This document shows positions 55,965 through 64,000 of a DNA stretch of 64,000 nucleotides, piece after piece (the first letter of the stretch is position 1; each line of letters opens with the position of its first letter). The stretch is from Candidatus Omnitrophota bacterium. Lineage in GTDB: Bacteria > Omnitrophota > Gorgyraeia > 2-01-FULL-45-10. The translations under genes were made by a program, and so were the position numbers. Below the pieces are notes generated by a model. That model saw only the letters and a program-made list of their open reading frames with translations, ran no database searches and was not told the DNA's origin. The DNA lies in contig JAGVGJ010000032.1 of NCBI GenBank assembly GCA_020057115.1, positions 23,722-87,721 on the forward strand, read 5' to 3'.

Positions 55965-56967
55965 CAGACTTTCCTTTCTTAGTTAACGCGTAAATAAAAA
56001 AGCTGCCCCCCAATATGCCGGTAATTACACCGACCGGTAGCTCGGAAGGTGCGACGATTATCCTAGCCAGAGTATCACAGAAGATCAGAAAACACGCTCC
56101 GCCTAAAAATGAACCCGCCAGAAGGGCTCTGTGATCAGAGCCTATGAACATACGCACGAGATGTGGAATGATCAGGCCGACAAAACCGATGATCCCTCCT
56201 ACGGAAACAGCACATCCGGTAAGGAGCGATGCCAGAACAAAAAGCACTCTTTTCGCTCTTTCCGTATTTATGCCTAGATGCGTGGCTTCCTCTTCTCCCA
56301 GACGTAACGCGTTTAGGTCTTTCCAGAAGATATATGACAAAGCCAGCCCTGCCAAAGATGTAAATAGCATTACCTTGATAAGGAACCAGCTTGGCTCTTC
56401 CAATGAACCCATTATCCAGAAGACAATCCCATGGAGATCCTCCGTACGGGAAACGGCCATGATAAGCATTATAAAAGACGACGATATGAAGCTTATCATA
56501 ACACCGGTCAAGAGCAGACCCTGTATCTTTAGCGTCTTCTTTCTGATGTTAATAACGTATATAATCGAAATAACAATAGCCGCCCCAATGAAACCCGCAA
56601 ACGGCAATGTCAGTAACCCCATCGACCGATATATCCGTAAGATGATCGCCAGGCTGACTCCCAGCGCCGCGCCGCCGGAAATACCCATCGTATAAGGTTC
56701 GACTAGCGGGTTTCGGAAGAGTCCCTGCAGGATAACTCCGGCCAGACTCAAAGCTCCGCCGATGGCAAAACCCAGAATGATACGCGGAAGGCGAATGTCA
56801 AAAAGAATGCTATATTCCGTAGTATTATGACCGGCGATAATGGCATGCAATGATCTTTTGACTGATAGAGCGGTGGAGCCCAGGCACAATGACATCGCCG
56901 CTATCAGGAGAAGCGCTCCTACTAATATCATTACCCGCGCTGCCCGGGGCATTGTCCTATTACTCAT
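55957..56967 (-). CDS. ABC transporter permease, FecCD/BtuC family
   Basis: It is multi-TM and has the FecCD family block order. Confidence 0.75.
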   Translation of the reverse strand: MSNRTMPRAARVMILVGALLLIAAMSLCLGSTALSVKRSLHAIIAGHNTTEYSILFDIRLPRIILGFAIGGALSLAGVILQGLFRNPLVEPYTMGISGGAALGVSLAIILRIYRSMGLLTLPFAGFIGAAIVISIIYVINIRKKTLKIQGLLLTGVMISFISSSFIMLIMAVSRTEDLHGIVFWIMGSLEEPSWFLIKVMLFTSLAGLALSYIFWKDLNALRLGEEEATHLGINTERAKRVLFVLASLLTGCAVSVGGIIGFVGLIIPHLVRMFIGSDHRALLAGSFLGGACFLIFCDTLARIIVAPSELPVGVITGILGGSFFIYALTKKGKSVV

Positions 56968-57830
56968 TTATTCTTCTCCGATAACTCCGGATGGAGCAGA
57001 GCGCTTATCTCTTCCAGACTTTTGACAAAAGTGACGGGGGTAGGGCCGCATATCTTCTGCGAACTGATGATATAGATCCTATCGTGTTTCACGGCATTCA
57101 GCGTTTTAAGCTTTTGCCACGCTTCTCTTTCCGCCTCGCCCGCAAAACCCATCGTCACGATCAGTATTACATCCGCATCTCTTCTCAAAACCTCTTCCTT
57201 ACTATAACTACCGATTTTGGAGCCTTCAGCGATGTTCTCTCCGCCAGCCAGTTTCACAAAATCGTTTATTATGTAGTCGCTGTTAGCTGTAAAGAGAGGC
57301 TTCGCCCCGATCTCGATAAAAACTTTTGGCTTAACGAGCATGGCTGTCCTGGACTTAATGTCTGCGACCTTCTCTTTCGCCGCCTTAACTATCTCCCGTG
57401 CCTGAAGCTCTTGCCCCACAGCTATGCCTAATTCCAGAAACTGATCGCATAGAATGGTAAAATTCTTTGGTGCCGGGAATATTCTTACATCTATTCCCAG
57501 GTCTCTAAGCTTTTGGATAGTCTTAGGATTTGTAAGAGATGTCGCCAGCACCAAGTCGGGTTTTAATGCTACGATCTTCTCCAGGTCCACTTTAGTCAAA
57601 GAGCCGATCTTTTCTTTATAGCGCGCCGCGGGCGGAGTCACGCAGTAGGTGGTATCGCCGACAAGCTTATCCTCCGCTCCCAGCAGATACAGCTCCTCGG
57701 TCGTTGACGGCGCAAGAGAGATTATCCGCTTTGGATGATTTTCAGACGCGTACAGATCGTTGATAGGCATGGCCTGAAGCATGGCCGCAGCAAACAGGAT
57801 CGACGCGAGGAGAGGCCCGCGTCTTTTCAT
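56964..57830 (-). CDS. periplasmic substrate-binding protein (BtuF-like, cluster A-II)
   Basis: The start was set to the ATG at 57828-57830 (MKRRGPLLASILFAAAMLQA signal peptide, GGAGG RBS). Confidence 0.7.
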   Translation of the reverse strand: MKRRGPLLASILFAAAMLQAMPINDLYASENHPKRIISLAPSTTEELYLLGAEDKLVGDTTYCVTPPAARYKEKIGSLTKVDLEKIVALKPDLVLATSLTNPKTIQKLRDLGIDVRIFPAPKNFTILCDQFLELGIAVGQELQAREIVKAAKEKVADIKSRTAMLVKPKVFIEIGAKPLFTANSDYIINDFVKLAGGENIAEGSKIGSYSKEEVLRRDADVILIVTMGFAGEAEREAWQKLKTLNAVKHDRIYIISSQKICGPTPVTFVKSLEEISALLHPELSEKNK

Positions 57831-58477
57831 TACATAACCTCCAAAAACCATCGACCATCCCGCAACGTCTTGTTGCCTTTCTTGAATTTGACCTTTTCCT
57901 TAAAGAGCGGGCCATCATAGGTGAATGTATGGAACTCGCCTTTTTCTCCGCACAGATCAACATTTCCTATGGCGCTCAAATCTTTTATGAATTTGTCGTC
58001 AATTTCGCGGCCCAACCATTCTTCTCCGAGGATATCGTTTCTCGTCGATACTACGATTGACTTAAATCCAGAATCGATTATATCCCTAATCAACTTTTCG
58101 GTATCATTTGTCCATACCGGCAAAATCGCTCCTACCTTCAATTCGCCGCATACCTTATCTATCCAATCCCTATGTTCCTGTAAATAAATATCCCCAAAAA
58201 CAATGCCTTCTATACCTTCTTTCGTTTTCAGCTCTTCAATTAATACTTTAAATTCATCCGTGTAGCCTTTCCGGGGCATGGCTTTTTGTAAGAGAGGAAT
58301 ACCAATCAGGTTTGCCTGTCTTCGGATGATATCGGCTGATAAACCATGAGATACGGAATCGCTCCCATCAGAGTTTGTAAAATTAACCACCGAAACTATT
58401 TGATAACCTTGTTGCTTCGCCTTATAACAGGCAAAACAACTGTCTTTCCCGCCGCTCCATAAAGAAACTACTTTCAT
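57830..58477 (-). CDS. PP-loop ATP pyrophosphatase of the Dph6/MJ0570 (diphthine-ammonia ligase-like) family
   Basis: An N-terminal SGGKDS PP-loop is present. It is embedded in the cobamide operon. Confidence 0.55.
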   Translation of the reverse strand: MKVVSLWSGGKDSCFACYKAKQQGYQIVSVVNFTNSDGSDSVSHGLSADIIRRQANLIGIPLLQKAMPRKGYTDEFKVLIEELKTKEGIEGIVFGDIYLQEHRDWIDKVCGELKVGAILPVWTNDTEKLIRDIIDSGFKSIVVSTRNDILGEEWLGREIDDKFIKDLSAIGNVDLCGEKGEFHTFTYDGPLFKEKVKFKKGNKTLRDGRWFLEVM

Positions 58478-58491
58478 AAAAACTCTCCTTT

Positions 58492-59442
58492 CTATATCAA
58501 CCAGAATAAAACCGCTCCTGTAATCACAAACAAAGCGGATGTAATATAAGCTATCTTAATGGCCTCCTTGATATGTAATTTATTTAAATGATTGGAATCA
58601 TCTCCTATATACGGTTTCTGAACCGCTATAGAATCGTAACAGTTCAATCCCCCGAGCCGCACTCCAAGGGCGCCGGCGACCGCCGCTTCCGGAATACCAC
58701 TATTGGGGCTGGCATTCTTGCGCCCGTCGCGTATCGCGATATTCCATGTCTTGACCGGATCATGGCCGCTTACCCAGCCTGCCATTACCAGAAATACCAC
58801 TGATAGCCTGGCAGGTATATAATTGGCGGCATCGTCTATCTTCGCGGCAGCCCGGCCGAAATGTATATACCGTTTATTTTTATAGCCGACCATGGAATCG
58901 AGCGTATTAACGGCTTTATACGCCATAGCAAGTGGAGCACCGCCCAAAAGAGCGTAGAAGAGGGGCGATATTATGCCGTCAACGATATTCTCGGCGACCG
59001 TCTCTACCGTAGCCCTTACTATCTCCCTCTCGTCCAGATTCGCCGTATCTCTGCCCACTATTCTGGAGAGCGATGTCCTGGCCTTATTCAGATCTCCTTC
59101 ATTTAATGCATTGAAGACCGCCAGGCTTTCCACGCCCAGGTCCTTCACCGATAGTGACGTATAAATAATTATCGTCGAGATAAGAACTCCGAGATAATTA
59201 TTAAACGAATATGCCGCCTGCGTTATCGCGAACGTTATTAGCCAGGCCGTAGCTATTATCGTGATGGCGAAAAGAGCGCTGGAGGCGCGTTCATTCTTGA
59301 TGACAGACCTGAACGGCCCTTCCAATTTCCCGATAAGCCAGCCGATCCCTCTTACCGGATGCGGAAATGTAGGCGGATCGCCGAAGATTAGATCCAATAG
59401 ATATGCGGCGAGAATACAGACGATCCGCATCCTAATCTCCAT
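58492..59442 (-). CDS. cbiB: adenosylcobinamide-phosphate synthase CbiB/CobD
   Basis: It is a membrane protein with CbiB blocks. Confidence 0.75.
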   Translation of the reverse strand: MEIRMRIVCILAAYLLDLIFGDPPTFPHPVRGIGWLIGKLEGPFRSVIKNERASSALFAITIIATAWLITFAITQAAYSFNNYLGVLISTIIIYTSLSVKDLGVESLAVFNALNEGDLNKARTSLSRIVGRDTANLDEREIVRATVETVAENIVDGIISPLFYALLGGAPLAMAYKAVNTLDSMVGYKNKRYIHFGRAAAKIDDAANYIPARLSVVFLVMAGWVSGHDPVKTWNIAIRDGRKNASPNSGIPEAAVAGALGVRLGGLNCYDSIAVQKPYIGDDSNHLNKLHIKEAIKIAYITSALFVITGAVLFWLI

Positions 59443-60958
59443 TCTTTATTATCTTATAGAGGCATTTCATGTCTATGTTCTTCCGGACAAGGCCGGCTAA
59501 CTTATCCAGCTCATGATCGGGATCGAAGCTGGCTTTATTAACCAGGGGAGCCCAGCATTTTTTAGCCCTTATCCTGTTCAAAAGATCTCTTCTGAATGCA
59601 TTTGCGTCAAATATGCCATGTATGTATGTTCCAAATAACCTGTCATCCATCGCTATTATGCCATCGGTATCCCGGACAGCTTTCCCCTTTCGCTCTATTA
59701 TGTTGAAAGCCGGACTATGTTTTCCGGTATTCCTCGATCTGCCATGATGTATCTCATAGCCTGATACATCCAGCCCCGAGGACGCCTCTTTTGCCTTAAC
59801 CTGCGAAAGGACCTTATCTCTACCGAAGACCGTCTCCATCTTCAGCATCCCTAATCCGTTCGTCTCTTTTTGAGACGATTCGGTTCGATGCGGATCACGT
59901 ATCCTAGTCCCAAGCATCTGGAACCCTCCACATATCCCCATCAATATGGGTAATGCGTCTTTCCCCATAAGGCCGATTATCTTTTTCGCGAGTCCCGACT
60001 CCTTAAGATATCGCAGGTCATTTACCGTATTCTTCGTCCCCGGAATTATAATAATATCCGGTCTGTTTAATGCCTCAGGGTTTTTTATATAGCGCAAATT
60101 TACATCCGGCTCCTTCTCCAGCGCGTCAAAATCTGTAAAATTAGAGATATGCGGAAGATATATCACGTCAATGTTCAGCTTTCGCCGACCGGCTCTATCC
60201 GACCCTTTAAAATTATCCAGAGGCACCGAGTCTTCCTCTGATATTCTTATGCCACTGCGGCCCGATGGGTGAAAATACGGGATGACCCCGAGGACTTTTA
60301 TGCCCGTTCTCTTTTCCAGGAAATCTATGCCGGGCTTAAGGAGCTTGATGTCTCCCCTGAATTTATTTATTATAAATCCTTTTATCTGTTCCCTCTCTTC
60401 GCGCTCCAGGAGCTCGAGCGTCCCGACAAGCGACGCGAAGACACCGCCTTTATCAATATCACCGACTAAGACAACAGGCGCGCCGGCGTAGCGAGCCATT
60501 TTGAGGTTAACGATATCGTGCGCTTTTAAATTTATCTCGGCAGGGCTTCCGGCACCCTCCATCACTATCAGCTCATATTTTTTACGAAGCCTGTCGAACG
60601 AGCCGAAGACCTCTTTGGACAGTCGTTTCTTATGCCGTATATAACGCAGTGCGCTCATATTCGCTATAGGCTTTCCATGAACTATCACCTGCGCGTGCTT
60701 GTCCGCTGTGGGTTTCATCAATATAGGGTTCATGTCGACATGCGGCTCGATCCGGCAAGCCTCGGCCTGGAAGGCCTGTGCCCGGCCTATCTCGCCACCT
60801 TCTTTGGTAACAAAAGAATTAAGAGCCATGTTCTGCGCTTTGAACGGGCAGACTTTATGTCCGTCCTGTAAAAAGATCCTGCACAAGGCGCTAACTATAA
60901 CGCTCTTGCCTACGCCTGAGCCTGTTCCGCAGATATGCACTGTTTTCGCGCGGTTCAT
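59432..60958 (-). CDS. cobQ: cobyric acid synthase CobQ/CbiP
   Basis: It has an N-terminal CobQ ATPase domain and a C-terminal GATase1 domain. Confidence 0.8.
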   Translation of the reverse strand: MNRAKTVHICGTGSGVGKSVIVSALCRIFLQDGHKVCPFKAQNMALNSFVTKEGGEIGRAQAFQAEACRIEPHVDMNPILMKPTADKHAQVIVHGKPIANMSALRYIRHKKRLSKEVFGSFDRLRKKYELIVMEGAGSPAEINLKAHDIVNLKMARYAGAPVVLVGDIDKGGVFASLVGTLELLEREEREQIKGFIINKFRGDIKLLKPGIDFLEKRTGIKVLGVIPYFHPSGRSGIRISEEDSVPLDNFKGSDRAGRRKLNIDVIYLPHISNFTDFDALEKEPDVNLRYIKNPEALNRPDIIIIPGTKNTVNDLRYLKESGLAKKIIGLMGKDALPILMGICGGFQMLGTRIRDPHRTESSQKETNGLGMLKMETVFGRDKVLSQVKAKEASSGLDVSGYEIHHGRSRNTGKHSPAFNIIERKGKAVRDTDGIIAMDDRLFGTYIHGIFDANAFRRDLLNRIRAKKCWAPLVNKASFDPDHELDKLAGLVRKNIDMKCLYKIIKNGD

Positions 60959-62013
60959 TTAAAGACCTTTTCGATGCTTTTTATCAACCGATCGTTATCA
61001 TCTCTCTTCCTTACCGCTACACGAAAAAACTTATCGCCCAATCCCCTGAAATTCCCGCAATCGCGGATATAGATGCCTTCACGCAATAACCGCCGCGTCA
61101 GTTCACTGGCGCCGCGGATAGGGGCCTTTTCGAGTTTACAAAGAATAAAATTCGCCGACGGCGGATAGGCCTTTAATCCTTTTATATTGCTCAGTCTTTC
61201 GGCCATATATTGCCGTTCTCTGGATACAAATAGCCTCGTCCGGTCCACATACGCCCTATCAGCTATGATCGTTTCGCCCGCGATCTGCGCCGGACCGTTT
61301 ACGTTCCACGGGTATTGAAGTTTAGTGATTTTGTCAACCGTATCTCTGCGCCCTATAACGTATCCAAGCCTTAATCCCGGTATTGCAAATAATTTGGTAA
61401 GCGACCTTATAATAACCACCGATCCGTTATTAACCGCCTCCGATATGACTGCCTTGCTCTTCGCTTGCCCGGTAAATCCGATGAACGCTTCATCGAGCAC
61501 CAGAAAGCCTCTACGCTTCTTCAAGAAACGGGACAGATATACTACATCGTCACTATGCAACAAGGTACCGGTTGGATTATTCGGGTTACATAAAAATAAG
61601 GCGTCGTGGCGCGGCAGACATTTTGCCAGCTTGCCGCAATCGACCTTAAAGTTATCTTTTTCGGAGGTATTGAAAAACGCTGGTCTCGAGCCATTAGATC
61701 TGACGGCGAATTCATACTCGCTAAATGTCGGCGTAATGATGAGCGGCTTTCTTATTTTAAAAGCTCTGGGGATAAGATAAATGAGCTCTATTGAACCGTT
61801 GCCTACAGCGATATTCTCAGGAGTTACGTCGTCCGATATCGATATCTTCCTTCTCAACCGGTCCGATGACGGGTCCGGATACCGCAGGACGAAATCAGTC
61901 TTTTTTGAAATGATATCCACCAACCCTTCGGGCAAACCCAATGGATTTGTGTTCACGCTGAAGTCTATGATCTCTCGCCTCGAACAATTCCCGCCATGGA
62001 TTCGATCTATCAT
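60955..62013 (-). CDS. cobD: L-threonine-O-3-phosphate decarboxylase (class I/II aminotransferase fold)
   Basis: It has aminotransferase-like sequence. Its position between cobQ and cobS supports the assignment. Confidence 0.65.
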   Translation of the reverse strand: MIDRIHGGNCSRREIIDFSVNTNPLGLPEGLVDIISKKTDFVLRYPDPSSDRLRRKISISDDVTPENIAVGNGSIELIYLIPRAFKIRKPLIITPTFSEYEFAVRSNGSRPAFFNTSEKDNFKVDCGKLAKCLPRHDALFLCNPNNPTGTLLHSDDVVYLSRFLKKRRGFLVLDEAFIGFTGQAKSKAVISEAVNNGSVVIIRSLTKLFAIPGLRLGYVIGRRDTVDKITKLQYPWNVNGPAQIAGETIIADRAYVDRTRLFVSRERQYMAERLSNIKGLKAYPPSANFILCKLEKAPIRGASELTRRLLREGIYIRDCGNFRGLGDKFFRVAVRKRDDNDRLIKSIEKVFK

Positions 62014-62753
62014 ATTCTATAACCCAATAATATTAAGCTAAATAGAAGCGACGCGGCCTCGGCTATTTCATTGGCGGCGCCTACTGTGTCTCCTGTCATA
62101 CCACCGATCTTTTTCTTCGCGTATCGTATGAATACAGAGACCACTGCCAACATGATAACGAACAGGATGACGCCTCTTATGCCGATGAGGAACCAATTCA
62201 GAAGAAGCGTAAATACGGCCCCGATGAAGATATCGCCCTTCTTCGCGTATTCTATAAAATATTTCGCCTTGCCCTCACCCCGCGCATATTTGGATGTAGC
62301 GCAAGCGAACGTTTGAGACCATCTGGCAAATACTACCGCTATTATTAAAACCTTCCACAGGTCTTCCGGGCGGATACTTGAGAGTATGGCAAATTTAAAG
62401 AGCAGGATGAGCGCGACGCCCACGGCGCCCATAGTACCAACGCGGCTATCCCGCATTATTCTTAAAATATCTTCCTTGGGGCGGTTTCCGTAAAAACCAT
62501 CGCAGGTATCCGCAAATCCGTCTAAATGTATGCCGCCTGTTATAACGACCCATGCAATAAGGATCAGGGCGCTTGTAACAAGCGGTGGAATAGGCGCTGA
62601 AAAATATGCTATGCCGGCCAGAAAAAGGCCTATTAAGAGACCCGCTATCGGGAAATAAATAAGAGATCTCCCGAGATCGTTATCGTCAACCTTTCCCTTA
62701 ATTTTGAAAGGGATGATCGTTAAGAACTGTAAAGCGACTAGAAGTCTTTTCAT
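62010..62753 (-). CDS. cobS: adenosylcobinamide-GDP ribazoletransferase (cobalamin synthase)
   Basis: It is a membrane protein with CobS family blocks. Confidence 0.75.
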   Translation of the reverse strand: MKRLLVALQFLTIIPFKIKGKVDDNDLGRSLIYFPIAGLLIGLFLAGIAYFSAPIPPLVTSALILIAWVVITGGIHLDGFADTCDGFYGNRPKEDILRIMRDSRVGTMGAVGVALILLFKFAILSSIRPEDLWKVLIIAVVFARWSQTFACATSKYARGEGKAKYFIEYAKKGDIFIGAVFTLLLNWFLIGIRGVILFVIMLAVVSVFIRYAKKKIGGMTGDTVGAANEIAEAASLLFSLILLGYRI

Positions 62754-63808
62754 TCGCCCTTTTCGGAAACACCGGCGCTTTCGAACGTCGCCATCTCGTT
62801 CAATATCTTAGTGCCTGCCTCTATTATGCCCATGGCTAATGCGGCGCCTGTTCCTTCCCCCAGCCTTAAATTCAGGTCAAGTATAGGCTTAAGCCCTAAA
62901 AACGCGAGCGCCGCCTTATGGCCTTGCTCGACTGAGCAATGAGCGGCTATCATGTAATCTCTGACTTTCGGCTCCAATGTGTATGCTATCACCGCGGCCG
63001 CCCCGGAAATGAATCCGTCTATAACTACCGGGATCCTGTGCGCCGCGGCTGCCAGTATTACTCCGGCCAGGCCGCCTATCTCAAATCCGCCAACCTTAGA
63101 CAGGATATCTATTCCGTCTTTTGGGTTCGGCTTATTTACTTTCAAAGCCTCTTTGATAGCGGCGATCTTACCGGCCAGGGTTTTGTCATCTATGCCCGTG
63201 CCTCTACCCGTCACCTCTTCCACATTCCGGCCGGTTATGACGGCGACGATAGCGCTCGAAGGAGTCGTGTTCCCGATGCCCATATCACCCGTGCCAACTA
63301 TATCTATTCCAGCCGACAGCGCCTCATTGAATGCCTCTATGCCGTTCTCGACGGACTTAATAGCCTCGTCCTTCGACATCGCGGGTCCTTTTGCCATATT
63401 CTTCGTGCCATAATTGACTTTCTTTATCACAAGCTCCGGATTACTGTTAAGATCACACGCAACTCCCATATCGACGATAACTACCCTTGCGCCTACGTGC
63501 CTTGCGAGAACGTTTATCCCCGCCCCGCCATTTAAGAAATTGTAGACCATCTGAGGGGTCACTTCCTGCGGGAAAGCGCTTACATTATTCGCGACAACGC
63601 CATGATCACCGGCCATCGTGAATATAACTTTGTGTTTTAGCTCTGGTTTCTTGACCTTTGTTATTTCGACGATCTGCTTGGCTAAATCTTCCAATCTTCC
63701 AAGGCTCCCCTGCGGCTTCGTCAGATTGTCGAGCCTCTTCTGCGTTTCCCCTGATAACGAATTGTCTATTTTTCCGATCTTTGATATCGTTTCGTTCAAT
63801 AACTTCAT
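62750..63808 (-). CDS. cobT: nicotinate-nucleotide--dimethylbenzimidazole phosphoribosyltransferase
   Basis: CobT family blocks are present (GEMGIGNTT, GGLAG). Confidence 0.8.
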   Translation of the reverse strand: MKLLNETISKIGKIDNSLSGETQKRLDNLTKPQGSLGRLEDLAKQIVEITKVKKPELKHKVIFTMAGDHGVVANNVSAFPQEVTPQMVYNFLNGGAGINVLARHVGARVVIVDMGVACDLNSNPELVIKKVNYGTKNMAKGPAMSKDEAIKSVENGIEAFNEALSAGIDIVGTGDMGIGNTTPSSAIVAVITGRNVEEVTGRGTGIDDKTLAGKIAAIKEALKVNKPNPKDGIDILSKVGGFEIGGLAGVILAAAAHRIPVVIDGFISGAAAVIAYTLEPKVRDYMIAAHCSVEQGHKAALAFLGLKPILDLNLRLGEGTGAALAMGIIEAGTKILNEMATFESAGVSEKGE

Positions 63809-63838
63809 ATGCCCGCCTATTTTATGCTTCGACTTCGC

Positions 63839-64000
63839 TCAGCATAAAACCCTGAGCCTGTCGAAGGGTTTTATTTTAACTGGTATCCCAGCCTTCATCA
63901 TGATAACCTCATCAGCTTTGGCCGCTATTATCTGATTTGCCAGGCCGACCAGATCGCGGAATCGCCTCGACAGCGGATCGCCCGGAACTATCCCTTCGCC
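63839..64000 (-). CDS. cobU: adenosylcobinamide kinase/GDP-transferase CobU, C-terminal part (gene continues beyond the right edge)
   Basis: The translation GEGIVPGDPLSRRFRDLVGLANQIIAAKADEV resembles the CobU C-terminus ([23 protein letters not shown]). Confidence 0.65.
   Translation of the reverse strand, partial: GEGIVPGDPLSRRFRDLVGLANQIIAAKADEVIMMKAGIPVKIKPFDRLRVLC

Overview
This is a 64-kb bacterial chromosomal window of about 50% GC. Every confident gene in it is on the minus strand: roughly 60 CDS, three tRNA-Ser isoacceptors (GGA, CGA, UGA) and tRNA-Arg(CCG). The left half, about 1..22 kb, is accessory-like. It holds a 3,673-aa secreted giant protein that combines a possible TIKI/ChaN-like region, a PPP-type metallophosphatase domain, a PP2C/SpoIIE-type phosphatase domain and internal tandem modules. 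A secreted coiled-coil protein and a GH5 hydrolase follow it. The same region carries two paralogous Fic-family genes, each placed immediately downstream of a tRNA-Ser gene through a conserved ~100-130-nt element with an 18-nt perfect palindrome. An orphan copy of that element is fused to a degenerate tRNA 3' end. There is also a HEPN/MNT toxin-antitoxin pair, a 36-nt duplicate of the 5' half of tRNA-Ser(UGA) with its upstream region, and a family of short REP-like hairpin repeats. The right half is housekeeping but tightly organised. It runs serS-rtcB-archease, superoxide reductase, tex, then the pst/phoU and phoR/phoB phosphate regulon. Next comes thiF/H/G/S/E thiamine synthesis, then a cysteine/siroheme block (two cysK, a small sulfite-reductase-like protein, hemL/B/A/C, cobA, sirC, an APS-reductase-like protein, a PiT-family permease and an Rrf2 regulator). 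Last is a cobalamin salvage and nucleotide-loop operon (btuB with a candidate cobalamin riboswitch, btuFCD, cobO, cbiB, cobQ, cobD, cobS, cobT, partial cobU) that has a Dph6-like PP-loop ATPase embedded in it. The most novel candidates are the giant dual-phosphatase secreted protein and the tRNA-Ser-linked Fic cassettes. All annotations come from reading motifs by eye. No database search was run. Coordinates I derived by hand may be off by 1-2 nt.
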